A stretch of DNA of 64,000 nt from Beijerinckiaceae bacterium (GCA_965249685.1 CBDFMN010000002.1:8511-72510), one strand, 5' to 3'; positions 1 to 9,651 are shown, counted from the first letter of the stretch. The notes: generated by a model not told the origin, from the sequence alone. Made by a program: numbers and translations.

Positions 1-1941
1 CTCGCTCTGAGCGACCCGTCGATCGTGCGCGAGGACCGCTCGCCGCTCAAACAGGTCGTCGCCGTCGTGGTGGACCGCAGCGGCTCGCAGACGATCGGCG
101 AGCGCGCGAGGCAGACCAACGCGGCCGCCTCGGAGCTGGCAACGCGGCTCAAGGCGCTCGGCAACGTCGACGTCAGGACGATCGACGGCGGCCTCGGCGG
201 GGCCGAGAACGAGGGGACCCAGCTCTTCGCCGCGCTGAACGCCGGGCTCGCGGACGTGCCGGCGGAGCAGGTCGCCGGGGCGTTCCTCATCACCGACGGC
301 GTCGTGCACGACGTGCCAGCCAATCCCATCGCGCTCGGCTTCAAGGCCCCGCTGCATGCGCTCATTACCGGCCACGAGGGCGAGCGCGACCGTCGCGTCG
401 AACTCGTGGAGGCACCGCGCTTCGGCATCGTCGGCAAGGATCAGACGATCCGGCTGAAGGTGCTCGATACGGCGGACCGCGGCGAGCCCGTGCGGCTCGA
501 CGTCCGCCGCGACGGTAACCCGCTGGCAACGATCCAAGCGACCGTGGGCGAGACGATCGCCGTGCCGGTGCGCATCGAGCACGGCGGGCAGAACGTAATC
601 GAACTGGAAGTCGCCGCCCTGCCCGACGAACTCACCGCGCTCAACAACAAGGCCGTGGTGACGATCGAAGGCGTGCGCGACAAGCTGAAGGTGCTGCTGG
701 TGTCGGGCGAGCCGCACAACGGCGAGCGGATGTGGCGCAACCTCCTGAAGTCCGACGCCAACGTCGATCTCGTCCACTTCACCATCCTGCGTCCACCGGA
801 GAAGCAGGACGGCACGCCGATCAACGAATTGTCGCTCATCGCCTTCCCGACCGCCGACCTGTTCGGCCGCAAGATCAAGGATTTCGACCTCATCATCTTC
901 GACCGCTACTCGAATCAGAGCGTGCTGCCACCGGTCTACCTCGACAACATCGTGCGTTACGTGCGCGACGGCGGCGCGCTGATGCTGGCGGCCGGCCCCG
1001 ACTTTTCACGCGGCGAGGGCATCTTCTTCTCGCCCATCGGCAAGATCGCGCCCGCGCGGCCGGACGGTGGCCTGATCGAGCGCGGGTTCCGCGCCGTCGT
1101 GTCGGGGGACGGCGCCAAGCACCCCGTCACGCGCGGCCTGGCGGGCGCCGAACAGACGCCGCCCGCCTGGAGCCCTTGGTTCCGCCAGATCAGCGCCTCG
1201 GTCACCCGCGGCACCAGCATCATGGACGGCGCCGACAACAAGCCGATGCTCGTGCTGTCGCGCGAGGGCAAGGGGCGGGTGGCCGAACTGCTGAGCGACC
1301 AGATGTGGCTGTGGGCGCGCGGCTACGACGGCGGCGGCCCCTACCTCGACCTGCTGCGCCGCCTCGCCCATTGGCTGATGAAGGAGCCGGAGCTGGAGGA
1401 GGAGGCGCTCCGCGCCACGGTGCAGGGACACAGGCTCGTGATCGAGCGCCAGAGCCTCAAGCCGGAGGTGCCCCCGGCCATAGTGACGACGCCGTCGGGC
1501 AAGAGCGTGCCGCTGACGCTCGCGGCCGCCGCGCCCGGCCTGTGGAAGGGCGAGCTGGACACGCGCGAGCTCGGCCTCTTCAAGATCGCCGACGGCGACC
1601 TGTCCGTGCTGACCAACGTCGGGCCGGAGAACCCGAAGGAGTTCCAGGAGGTCGTCTCCACGCCCGACAGGCTGCGCGCGCTGGCCGAGGCGACCGGCGG
1701 GACCGTGCGGCGCATCGGCGCCGGGACGGGCGGGGCGATCGCCCTGCCCCGCCTCATCGCGATGCGCGACAGCCCGATCTACGGCGGCTCGGATTATGCC
1801 GCGATCAAGAAGACCGGCGCGAGCGAGGTCAAGGGCATTGGCCTTGCCCCGCTGACGATCGGCTTCGCCGGACTGTTGGCGCTGCTGGGCAGCGTGGTGC
1901 TCGCGTGGCTGTACGAGGGACGGCGCGGGCGGGCGGCATAG
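1..1941 (+). CDS. Conserved Rhizobiales membrane protein with class I glutamine-amidotransferase-like domain (5'-partial)
   Basis: Frame is open to the window edge (LALSDPSIVREDRSPL); VAVVVDRSGSQ, KVLLVSGEPHNGER and DANVDLVHFTILRPP segments; C-terminal TM helix. Confidence 0.75.
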   Translation, partial: LALSDPSIVREDRSPLKQVVAVVVDRSGSQTIGERARQTNAAASELATRLKALGNVDVRTIDGGLGGAENEGTQLFAALNAGLADVPAEQVAGAFLITDGVVHDVPANPIALGFKAPLHALITGHEGERDRRVELVEAPRFGIVGKDQTIRLKVLDTADRGEPVRLDVRRDGNPLATIQATVGETIAVPVRIEHGGQNVIELEVAALPDELTALNNKAVVTIEGVRDKLKVLLVSGEPHNGERMWRNLLKSDANVDLVHFTILRPPEKQDGTPINELSLIAFPTADLFGRKIKDFDLIIFDRYSNQSVLPPVYLDNIVRYVRDGGALMLAAGPDFSRGEGIFFSPIGKIAPARPDGGLIERGFRAVVSGDGAKHPVTRGLAGAEQTPPAWSPWFRQISASVTRGTSIMDGADNKPMLVLSREGKGRVAELLSDQMWLWARGYDGGGPYLDLLRRLAHWLMKEPELEEEALRATVQGHRLVIERQSLKPEVPPAIVTTPSGKSVPLTLAAAAPGLWKGELDTRELGLFKIADGDLSVLTNVGPENPKEFQEVVSTPDRLRALAEATGGTVRRIGAGTGGAIALPRLIAMRDSPIYGGSDYAAIKKTGASEVKGIGLAPLTIGFAGLLALLGSVVLAWLYEGRRGRAA

Positions 1942-1945
1942 GCGG

Positions 1946-2449
1946 CTACAGCCAGGCTTTCTCGACGCGGCCGGCGATCCCGTCAAAGGCTCCGTCCACC
2001 AGTTCGCGGTAGAGCAGCCGCGCGGCGTCGACCGGTCCGGGGAAGGCGAGGCGTCCCTCCGGCACGGGGAGAAACCCCATGCGGCCGTAGTACGGCAGGT
2101 CCCCGACGAGCAGCACCAGTCGGTGGCCGGCGGACCGCGCGGCGTCGAGCGAGCGGGTGACGAGCGCCTCGCCGATCCCACCGGAGCGGAAGGCGGGATC
2201 GACCGTCAGGGGGCCGAGCAGCAGGGCCGGCGCGCCGCCGCAGCGGATCGGCGTCATCACGTTCGAGCCGACGAGGAACGTGCCGACGCAGGCCACGAAC
2301 GACAGGCTCGCATCCACCGGGACGCCCTCGCGCAGCCGATAGGCCGAGCGGGCGTAGCGGCCGGGGCCGAAGGCGCGCGCGCTCAACCGCTCCACGGCCG
2401 GCCGGTCGGCGTCGGTCTGCGGCTTGAGAGTGAGGAGCAGGTCGACCAT
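1946..2449 (-). CDS. GNAT family N-acetyltransferase
   Basis: LLLGPLTVDPAFRSGGIGEAL acetyl-CoA motif A; VLLVGDLPYYGRMGF motif B. Confidence 0.9.
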   Translation of the reverse strand: MVDLLLTLKPQTDADRPAVERLSARAFGPGRYARSAYRLREGVPVDASLSFVACVGTFLVGSNVMTPIRCGGAPALLLGPLTVDPAFRSGGIGEALVTRSLDAARSAGHRLVLLVGDLPYYGRMGFLPVPEGRLAFPGPVDAARLLYRELVDGAFDGIAGRVEKAWL

Positions 2450-2459
2450 GGGGTGAGGC

Positions 2460-3146
2460 CTAGACCAAGTCCCTGCCCCTGCAAAGATCGAGTTCGGATC
2501 CCTGTTCGGATCCTTGCGAGGCGAGGGTTGCGCGGATGAGGTGCCGGCCGACGTCGAGCACGCCGCCGCGGACCGTGACCTCCTTGGGTCGATCGAGCCC
2601 GCCGCGCAGTCGCCGCCACTCGTGGTAGGAGTGGCGCCCGAGCGGCGAGAAGGTGGCCAGGCCCCGCCTCGCCGGGCGGCGGATCGTCGAGCCCGTGTTG
2701 ATCGCCGCGAGTTCCGCCCGCTCGGCGGTCGCGTGGAGCAGGCTCAGCGCGTCGAATTCGAGCACGAGACGCGCTCGCCCACGGTTGAGGCGCGCGCCGA
2801 GAAAACGCCTGGGCGCAAGCGCGTCGCACCAGAAGAACACGCGGGCGTTGAGCATCTGCAGCCAGTCCGCTGGCGTGAGGTGGTCGTCGAGGCAGCGTGC
2901 GAGCGCGACCTCGCTGAGCGGCCCGTTGTCGGTGATCTCCGCGGCGCCGTGAAGCGGATGACAGAGGCGCACCCGCAGCGCCCGCCGCTGCCGTACCAGG
3001 GCGGCGCGGGCCGCGTCCGGGACCTCGAACAGGCTTAGCAGGTGGCTCGTCGGCAGCAGCCCGTGGCGCAGGATGCTCGCGAGCGCGTCGGGCGCGGTGA
3101 CATGAAAGAGGCGGGGATGCCGCCGCGCGAAGTCCTCGGGCGACAA
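2460..3146 (-). CDS. DUF7002-type protein with DarT-like ADP-ribosyltransferase motifs
   Basis: Probable TTG start at 3146, preceded by TAAGGG; LFHVTAPDALASILRHGLLP, RVFFW and KEVTV motifs. The 5' part of the tracked ORF (3147-3569) is a shadow of the NUDIX gene. Confidence 0.65.
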   Translation of the reverse strand: MSPEDFARRHPRLFHVTAPDALASILRHGLLPTSHLLSLFEVPDAARAALVRQRRALRVRLCHPLHGAAEITDNGPLSEVALARCLDDHLTPADWLQMLNARVFFWCDALAPRRFLGARLNRGRARLVLEFDALSLLHATAERAELAAINTGSTIRRPARRGLATFSPLGRHSYHEWRRLRGGLDRPKEVTVRGGVLDVGRHLIRATLASQGSEQGSELDLCRGRDLV

Positions 3147-3154
3147 ATCGACCC

Positions 3155-3646
3155 TTACCAGTGGGGCGGCGGCGGCAGGTCGCCCGCGACCTCGTCGAGC
3201 CGGCGCCGCGTCGCGGCCGTCACGCCGGCGGGCAGCGCGTCGAGCGGAAAGAAGCCGCTTTCGGCGATCTCCCAGTCCTCGACCGCCCCGGCGATCACCG
3301 CGAAGCGGCGCACGAGGTAGCAGGCGACGTGGTCGCGCCGGACCGGGGCGTTGTGGAAGAAGCCGTGCAGGCGGGGGCGCTCCAGGCAGAGCACGCCCGC
3401 CTCCTCCCGCGTCTCGCGCACCGCGGCGGCCTCCGCGCTCTCGCCGCGGTCCACGCCGCCGCCGGGCAGGTACCAGCCGGGCGTGTAGCTGTGCCGCACG
3501 AGGAGGACGCGGCCGGCCTCGTCCAGCACCATGACGCGCACGCCGAGCGTCACCGCGCGGGTCCACCACAGACGCCCATGCAGGTTGGCGGCGGCGCGCG
3601 CGAGGCGGCCATGGCGTTTTCGTTCGGGTCCTTGCGTCGAGGTCAT
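3155..3646 (-). CDS. NUDIX hydrolase
   Basis: Nudix box [24 protein letters not shown]; ATG at 3646. Confidence 0.9.
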   Translation of the reverse strand: MTSTQGPERKRHGRLARAAANLHGRLWWTRAVTLGVRVMVLDEAGRVLLVRHSYTPGWYLPGGGVDRGESAEAAAVRETREEAGVLCLERPRLHGFFHNAPVRRDHVACYLVRRFAVIAGAVEDWEIAESGFFPLDALPAGVTAATRRRLDEVAGDLPPPPHW

Positions 3647-3833
3647 GGACAGCGACCCGCCTCCGGCTATAGTCCCGCCCGACCCCGATGGCGCGGCGGA
3701 GCGCTCCGGCCTATCCAAGATCGGCACTGCGCGGCCGCGTCAAGCGGCATGGCCCGGTGCCGCGGGCCGGCCCGCTCCCGCCACGTCCCCCCTTCCTCTT
3801 TCGATCGACGCGGCCCGACGACGCCGCGGCGCG

Positions 3834-4739
3834 GTGACCGTCTTGGCTTTTATCCTCGCCCACCTCTCGGACGCCCACATCGGTCCCCTGCCCCCGGCGC
3901 GCCGCCGCGACCTGCTCGGCAAGCGGCTGACCGGCTACATCAATTGGAAGCGCGGCCGCTCCAGCGCGCACGACATGGACGTGCTCGGCGGCCTCGTCGC
4001 CGACATGAAGGCGCAGTCGCCCGACCATATCGCGATGACGGGCGACATCATGAACATCGGCCTGCCGGGCGAGTACATCCTGGCCGACGCCTGGCTGCGC
4101 ACGCTCGGCGAGCCCGGCTCGCAGGTGAGCTTCGTCGCCGGCAACCATGACGCCTACACGCGGGGGTCGCTGCCGACGCTGGCGCGGACCTTCGCGCCCT
4201 GGACCACCAGCGAGACCACCGGCAGGCCGGGCTACCCCTACCTGAAGGAGCGCGACGGCGTCGCCCTCATCGGCCTGTGCTCGGGCGTGCCGACGGCGCC
4301 CTTCATCGCGTCGGGCCGGCTCGGCGCGCGCCAGCGCCACGCGTTCGAGGTCATGCTGGCCGATACCGGCGCCCGCGGCCTGACGCGCGTGGTGATGATC
4401 CACCACCCCCCGCACATGCGCGGCTCCAGCGTCGGGCGGGGCTTGACCGACGAAGTCGCCTTCGCCGCGATCGTCGCGCGGACGGGCGCGGAGCTCATCC
4501 TGCACGGCCACAATCACCGCCCCTCCGTCGTCCACCTGCCGACGCCGAACCGCCCGGTGCCGGTCGTCGGCGTACCGTCGGCCTCGGCCGTCAAGGGAGC
4601 GACGGGGCGGCGCGCCGGCTACCACCTCTTCTCGATCGAGGGCGCAGGATGCGACGCGCGCATCGCGGCGCGGGTGCGCGGACTGCCCGCCGGGTCGGGA
4701 GCGTTCGACGACCTCGAGCCCCTTCGCCTCGACACCTGA
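3834..4739 (+). CDS. Metallophosphoesterase (calcineurin-like)
   Basis: DAH, GDIMN, GNHD, HH and HGHNH motifs; GTG start inferred. Confidence 0.9.
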   Translation: MTVLAFILAHLSDAHIGPLPPARRRDLLGKRLTGYINWKRGRSSAHDMDVLGGLVADMKAQSPDHIAMTGDIMNIGLPGEYILADAWLRTLGEPGSQVSFVAGNHDAYTRGSLPTLARTFAPWTTSETTGRPGYPYLKERDGVALIGLCSGVPTAPFIASGRLGARQRHAFEVMLADTGARGLTRVVMIHHPPHMRGSSVGRGLTDEVAFAAIVARTGAELILHGHNHRPSVVHLPTPNRPVPVVGVPSASAVKGATGRRAGYHLFSIEGAGCDARIAARVRGLPAGSGAFDDLEPLRLDT

Positions 4740-4844
4740 GCCGCGCGGGGCGATCGGTCCCGCCCTTCACCCTTTCGTGTGCCGGCGGTTGCGGCTATGT
4801 CTATGTCTGCGAGCCCGGCACCTGCCTCGCCGGGGCTTCTCCTA

Positions 4845-4894
4845 TCCGCTGCCGGCAGCGCCGCATTTGTCCGCTGCCGGCAGAGCCGCACTTG
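4845..4894. repeat. 2 x 25-bp tandem repeat, each unit carrying the palindrome CTGCCGGCAG
   Basis: TCCGCTGCCGGCAGCGCCGCATTTG (4845-4869) and TCCGCTGCCGGCAGAGCCGCACTTG (4870-4894), 2 mismatches. Confidence 0.9.
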
Positions 4895-4900
4895 TGGAGC

Positions 4901-6337
4901 ATGATCATGGTTGATGCCTCGGCTGAGCGGCCGGAGGACTCGAAGCGGCCGCCCTTCGACATCGGCTCGATCCTCGCGGAGCGCGAGATCGACCGCTACA
5001 CCATGCACACGGAACACATGAACGAGCAGATGGTCCGCGTGCTGCAGACCATCGGCTACGACGTCGGCTTCCGCAGCGGCCACGGCCAGTACCTCTTCGA
5101 CCGCAAGGGCGAGCGCTACCTCGACCTGCTCAGCGGCTGGGGCGTGTTCGGCATCGGCCGCAACCACCCGACCTTGCGCGACGCTTTGAAGAGCGTGCTG
5201 GGAAGTGACCTGCCGAACCTCGTGCAGATGGACGTCTCGGTGCTCGCCGGCGTCCTGGCCGAGCGCTTGCTGACCTACGCGCCCCACCTGGAAAAGGTGT
5301 TCTTCGCCAGCTCCGGCGCGGAGGCGGTCGAGGCTGCGATCAAGTTCGCGCGCTGCGCCACCGGGCGCGACGACGTCGCCTACGCCAGCCATTCCTACCA
5401 CGGCCTGACGTACGGCGCGCTGTCGCTGACCGCGGACAAGATGTTTCGCAACGGCTTCGGCACCCTGTTGCCAGGCTCGACCGAGGTGACGTTCAACGAC
5501 CTCGCCTCGCTCGAGCGGGCCCTCTCGTCGCGCAAGGTCGCCGCCTTCATCGTCGAGCCGATCCAAGGCAAGGGCGTGTACATGCCCGACGATGGCTACC
5601 TGCAAGGCGCGCAGGACCTGTGCCGCCGCTACGGGACGCTGTTCGTCGCCGACGAAATCCAGACGGGCCTGGGGCGCACGGGGAAGTTCTTCGCGCACGA
5701 GCATTGGGGCGTGGAGCCCGACATGATCCTCGTCGCCAAGGCGCTGTCGGGCGGCCACGTGCCGGTCGGTGCCGTGCTCCTGCGCCGCAAGGTCTTCGAG
5801 AAGGTCTTCAACCGCATGGACCGCGCGGTCGTCCACGGCTCGACCTTCGCCAAGAACGACCTCGCCATGGCGGCCGGCCTGGCCACGCTCGAAGTCATCG
5901 AGGCCGAAGACCTCGTCGGCAACGCCGCCCGCATGGGCGCGCGGCTGATGATGTCGCTGAGCGCCATGGCCGAGCGCTACGAACTGGTGAAGACTGTCCG
6001 CGGCAAGGGGCTGATGATCGGCGTCGAGTTCGGCACGCCGCGCTCGCTCAAGCTGAAGGCGGCCTGGTCGATGCTGGAGACGGTCAACGCCGGCCTGTTC
6101 TGCCAGCTCATCACCATCCCCATCTTCAAGGAGCACAAGGTGCTGGTGCAGGTGGCGGGCGCCGGCAACCACGTCATCAAGCTCATCCCGCCGCTGTGCA
6201 TCACCGAGGCCGACTGCGCCTGGATCGAGCGCTCCTTCGATGCCGTCATCGCCGACGCGCACAAGGTGCCGGGCGCGGTCTGGACGCTCGGCAAGACGCT
6301 GGCCGGCCACGCGATGAAGGCGCGGGCGAGCGCGTGA
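4901..6337 (+). CDS. hpnO: Class III PLP aminotransferase, HpnO-type aminobacteriohopanetriol synthase
   Basis: SYHGLT, FIVEPIQGKG, FVADEIQTGLGRTG and AKALSGG motifs; C-terminal GLFCQLITIP segment typical of HpnO; GGAG RBS. Confidence 0.75.
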   Translation: MIMVDASAERPEDSKRPPFDIGSILAEREIDRYTMHTEHMNEQMVRVLQTIGYDVGFRSGHGQYLFDRKGERYLDLLSGWGVFGIGRNHPTLRDALKSVLGSDLPNLVQMDVSVLAGVLAERLLTYAPHLEKVFFASSGAEAVEAAIKFARCATGRDDVAYASHSYHGLTYGALSLTADKMFRNGFGTLLPGSTEVTFNDLASLERALSSRKVAAFIVEPIQGKGVYMPDDGYLQGAQDLCRRYGTLFVADEIQTGLGRTGKFFAHEHWGVEPDMILVAKALSGGHVPVGAVLLRRKVFEKVFNRMDRAVVHGSTFAKNDLAMAAGLATLEVIEAEDLVGNAARMGARLMMSLSAMAERYELVKTVRGKGLMIGVEFGTPRSLKLKAAWSMLETVNAGLFCQLITIPIFKEHKVLVQVAGAGNHVIKLIPPLCITEADCAWIERSFDAVIADAHKVPGAVWTLGKTLAGHAMKARASA

Positions 6338-6358
6338 GGCGAGAACGCGTAACGTCTG

Positions 6359-6826
6359 CTACCCCAGTCCGATCGGTGGTTGCGTTCGCGTTCTGACGAG
6401 CCAAGCGCAGGAGAACGACGGTAAAACGCAAGTCATTACCCAAGCCACGCTCTCCCATATTCGGGCGGGCGACCCCGGACTAAACATAACCCAGGCCACG
6501 AACAAACCGGTCAAGATTCCGGCGAGCGTCGCCGCCGTGACTTGAAGAGCGGAACGCGTTGTGAAGAGCTTCACGATGCCCATTGTTGCGCCGCATAACA
6601 GAGCCAAAGGAGCAAAGACATAGGAGAACGGGATGCCGATATACGCAAAGAAGAGCATGAATCCGATCATGTTGAGTGTGTGGGTCGCGCAGCTCAGGCC
6701 GTCACAGCTTGGCAAGACGGACATCATCGTTCATATCGTGAACCAACCGATCGGTGGGCCGAGCAGGCCAAAAACCAGCAGCGTCTTGATTAGAATGGCA
6801 GCCTTATGCCGTTTGGAAGCAATCAC
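6359..6826 (-). pseudogene. Multi-TM membrane protein interrupted by an in-frame TGA
   Basis: GTG at 6826 reads VIASKRHKAAILIKTLLVFGLLGPPIGWFTI, then TGA (6731-6733), then continues in frame into the tracked 122-aa hydrophobic ORF; AT-richer than flanks. Confidence 0.55.
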
Positions 6827-7236
6827 CTGAAGGGCTCACGCGATCAATACTGTCGACTTCGTCTATAATATTCGCATCGGCGTGGCTGCGTACAGCGCGG
6901 GTTGCAAACATGGTGACCGTTACACGAAAGAATTAAGAGAAATTGCCTGCGCGGCCGTCAATGCGAGCGCAACGAAGTAAGCTAGAGACGGCACCGCCAT
7001 ACTCTGATGGTGTGCCACGGCTTTTGGGCTGCATCGCTCCGGTCGCAATGACGAGCACTCGATGCGCACTACGGCCGTCAGGTCAGTGCATCGACGAGGC
7101 AAGATTGAGCCACGCGAGGATTTGGTGACCCACCACCATGCAGCTTCTTGATGTCATCCGTTCCGTCGTTTATACGCAGCGCTTCCGCGCACGGTTTTCG
7201 ACCGCTGGCGCAACCGCCATCCCACGAGACCCCCCG

Positions 7237-7467
7237 ATGAAGTCCGACATCCATCCGGCCTACCACATGATCAAGGTCGTGATGACCGACGGCACCGATT
7301 TCATGACGCGCTCGACCTACGGTGCGGACGGGGCCACGTTGAACCTCGACATCGACCCGAAGACCCACCCGGCCTGGACCGGCGGTTCGCAGCAGCTGCT
7401 CGACCGCGGCGGTCGCCTGTCGCGCTTCAACTCGCGGTTCGGTGGCCTTTCGTTCGGCAAGAAGTAG
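7237..7467 (+). CDS. rpmE: 50S ribosomal protein L31
   Basis: [10 protein letters not shown] ... [13 protein letters not shown] ... RFNSRF. Confidence 0.97.
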   Translation: MKSDIHPAYHMIKVVMTDGTDFMTRSTYGADGATLNLDIDPKTHPAWTGGSQQLLDRGGRLSRFNSRFGGLSFGKK

Positions 7468-7485
7468 GGCGAGCGGCCGTCGGGC

Positions 7486-7521
7486 AAAAGGCTGCCCTCC
7501 TTTGCGGCAGGGCGGCCTTTT
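7486..7521 (+). terminator. Intrinsic terminator (possibly bidirectional) after rpmE
   Basis: AAAAGGCTGCCCT ... AGGGCGGCCTTTT stem with T tract. Confidence 0.8.
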
Positions 7522-7579
7522 GGGCCTAGCGCCTAGAGGGTGGCGCGCCGGACCTCCCTCTGACCCAGGCGCTTCGTGT

Positions 7580-7677
7580 CGTCCTTGCGAGCGGAGCGAA
7601 GCATCCAGGGCCGCTGCACCTCACGCGAGGCGCGCACCCCGCTGCTCCTGGACTGCTTCGCTCGGCTCGCAGTGACG
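7580..7677. repeat. CGTC-tagged palindromic REP-like dimer
   Basis: CGTCCTTGCGAGCGGAGCGAAGCATCCAGG ... CCTGGACTGCTTCGCTCGGCTCGCAGTGACG inverted arms. Confidence 0.7.
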
Positions 7678-7715
7678 AACCCGAGTAACCGTCCGATGCG
7701 CTAGCGTCCGACACC

Positions 7716-8231
7716 CTACCGGCAGAAGGCGTCGCGCAGGCGGGACATCTGCTCCTCCAGCGGGTTCGCCGCGGGCGCGGAGGGTTGCGCATCCGTGTCG
7801 CGAAGCAGCGCGTCGAGGTGCAGCAGCCGCTCCTGCAAACGGACGGAGGTCTCGATGAGGCCGCGAAGGGCGGCCGGCAGGCGCGCCAACGTGTCGGGTT
7901 CGCCGGTCTTCTCGTTCCAGGCGACCGTCGTCCGCTTCTTGTCGCCGACGGCGTCCGCCCGCGACAGTTCGCCCTCGTTGACGGCGCGCTGCAACAGCAG
8001 CCAGGAGGCGATCTGCATCAGCCGGGTGGTGAGCCGCATGCTCTCGGACGCATAGGCCAGCGCGTCCGTGCGCCCGAGCCCCTTCGCCTGCTCGCGGCCG
8101 TCGCCGTCGAGATAGGCGGCGGTCTCCTCCACCAGTGCCATGCCGTCGCGGAAAAGCGCCTTGAACACGTCGGAGGACGCCATGCGCTCGGCGAAGGAGA
8201 TGGGAGTCTGGAACGTCAGTTCTTGCGCCAT
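7716..8231 (-). CDS. rcdA: DUF1465 regulator of CtrA degradation
   Basis: FRDGMALVEETAAYLDGDGR, YASESMRLTTRLMQIASWLLLQRAV. Confidence 0.9.
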   Translation of the reverse strand: MAQELTFQTPISFAERMASSDVFKALFRDGMALVEETAAYLDGDGREQAKGLGRTDALAYASESMRLTTRLMQIASWLLLQRAVNEGELSRADAVGDKKRTTVAWNEKTGEPDTLARLPAALRGLIETSVRLQERLLHLDALLRDTDAQPSAPAANPLEEQMSRLRDAFCR

Positions 8232-8442
8232 TGTCTCTGTCGGGCCTCGTGCGGTGCTGTGGTGGTCAGTGTAACTGCAAGGCGAGCGCCAGCGGCGCAG
8301 CAGCCGATCTTTCCTGCGGCTTAACCTTAACACAGCGCGTCCGGTTGCCCTTCCCCTCGAGCGAGCACCGTCGCGGTGGCGCGGCATCGTTGCCCCTCGC
8401 ACGGGCGCGAGGGCGCGCGTGTATCGAAACGGGACGGGACCG

Positions 8443-8628
8443 TCACGATTTGAAGAAGGAGGTGGCGGCGGCCGCGGCCGCCTGCTTGGCCGTCCGCATC
8501 GCCTCAAGCCGGGCGATCTCGGCGCGGAGCAGTGCCACGCGCAGGTCGAGCTCGGCGATGGAGAGGTCGTCCACCCTCTCGCCGAGTTGGTGCTGCGGCC
8601 CGAACTTCCCGTCGTCCTCGTCGCGCAT
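8443..8628 (-). CDS. DUF1192 family protein
   Basis: HQLGERVDDLSIAELDLRVALLRAEIARLE ... AATSFFK. Confidence 0.85.
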   Translation of the reverse strand: MRDEDDGKFGPQHQLGERVDDLSIAELDLRVALLRAEIARLEAMRTAKQAAAAAATSFFKS

Positions 8629-8816
8629 TCCCGCTCCCTCGTCGTTTGGCGGCGCCTTCGGAGGCAACCCGTCGTCTCCGACATATTGCCTTCCTTCCCC
8701 CCGATCCTTATAGCTCGGCGCTTCCCGCTTTTTAACGATGACGCTCCGCCGATCTCTTGGCGCACACAGGCGCCGAATGCGGATCCTTTCGCGGACAGCT
8801 GTCCAGGAGAACCATT

Positions 8817-9527
8817 ATGACCAACGCGCCGCTGATGCCGAAAGCCACGGCTGTCTGGCTCGTCGAGCACACCTCGCTCACCTTCGAGCAGATCGCCGAA
8901 TTCTGTAAGCTGCACCCCCTCGAGGTGAAGGGCATCGCCGACGGCGAAGTGGCGAGCGGCATCAAGGGCCACGACCCCATCACCTCGAACCAGCTGACCC
9001 GCGAGGAGATCGCCAAGGCGGAAGGCAAGCCCGAACACCACCTGCAGATCGCCGTCTCCAAGGTGCGGATGCCCGAGATCAAGCGCCAGCGCGGCGCGCG
9101 CTACACGCCGCTGTCGCGCCGGCAGGATCGGCCGAACGCCATTCTCTGGCTCGTGCGAAACCATCCCGAGCTGAAGGACGCGCAGATCATGCGCCTGGCC
9201 GGCACGACGAAGACGACGCTCGACGCCATTCGCAACCGCACGCACTGGAACTCCGCCTCGCTGAGCCCGATGGACCCGGTCACCCTTGGACTCTGCTCGC
9301 AGATCGACCTCGACTTCGAGGTCAACCGCGCCGCCAAGGACCGGCCGGCCGCCGTGATCGACCGTGGCCCGACGCTTATGCCGGCGGAAGTCACGACCGC
9401 GCCGCGCGAGGCGCCGGTCAGCGAGTCCTCCGTCTTCGGCGAGCCGACGCCGCGGCCTGCGACGCCGGAGGAGGAGGAAGACCTCGACGTGAACTCCGTG
9501 TTCGCCAACCTGAAGACGCTGCGCTGA
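8817..9527 (+). CDS. trcR: DUF1013 RNA polymerase-associated cell-cycle regulator
   Basis: PLMPKATAVWLVEHTSLTFEQIAEFCKLHPLEV; YTPLSRRQDRPNAILWL; AGGAG RBS. Confidence 0.88.
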   Translation: MTNAPLMPKATAVWLVEHTSLTFEQIAEFCKLHPLEVKGIADGEVASGIKGHDPITSNQLTREEIAKAEGKPEHHLQIAVSKVRMPEIKRQRGARYTPLSRRQDRPNAILWLVRNHPELKDAQIMRLAGTTKTTLDAIRNRTHWNSASLSPMDPVTLGLCSQIDLDFEVNRAAKDRPAAVIDRGPTLMPAEVTTAPREAPVSESSVFGEPTPRPATPEEEEDLDVNSVFANLKTLR

Positions 9528-9651
9528 GACGCGGCGGCTGACGTCGTCCCTACCCTTCGCGGACGGCGCACGTAGGGCCGCGGACGCAAACGGCGTCGTC
9601 TTCAGCCGACGCTCCTCCCTGGGCACGCTGCGCGCGATCGTCCGCAATCCC

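Noticed and set aside
2492-2515. 12-bp tandem repeat (QGSE x2) in the DUF7002-type tail
   Set aside because: In-frame slippage in a likely disordered terminus.
6920-7102. 60-aa ORF with a signal-like end
   Set aside because: The hydrophobic stretch is followed immediately by a stop; no RBS or recognisable family.
8321-8331. TTAACCTTAAC upstream of rcdA as a full CtrA box
   Set aside because: Half-sites are 2 bp apart, not 7; at most a half-site.
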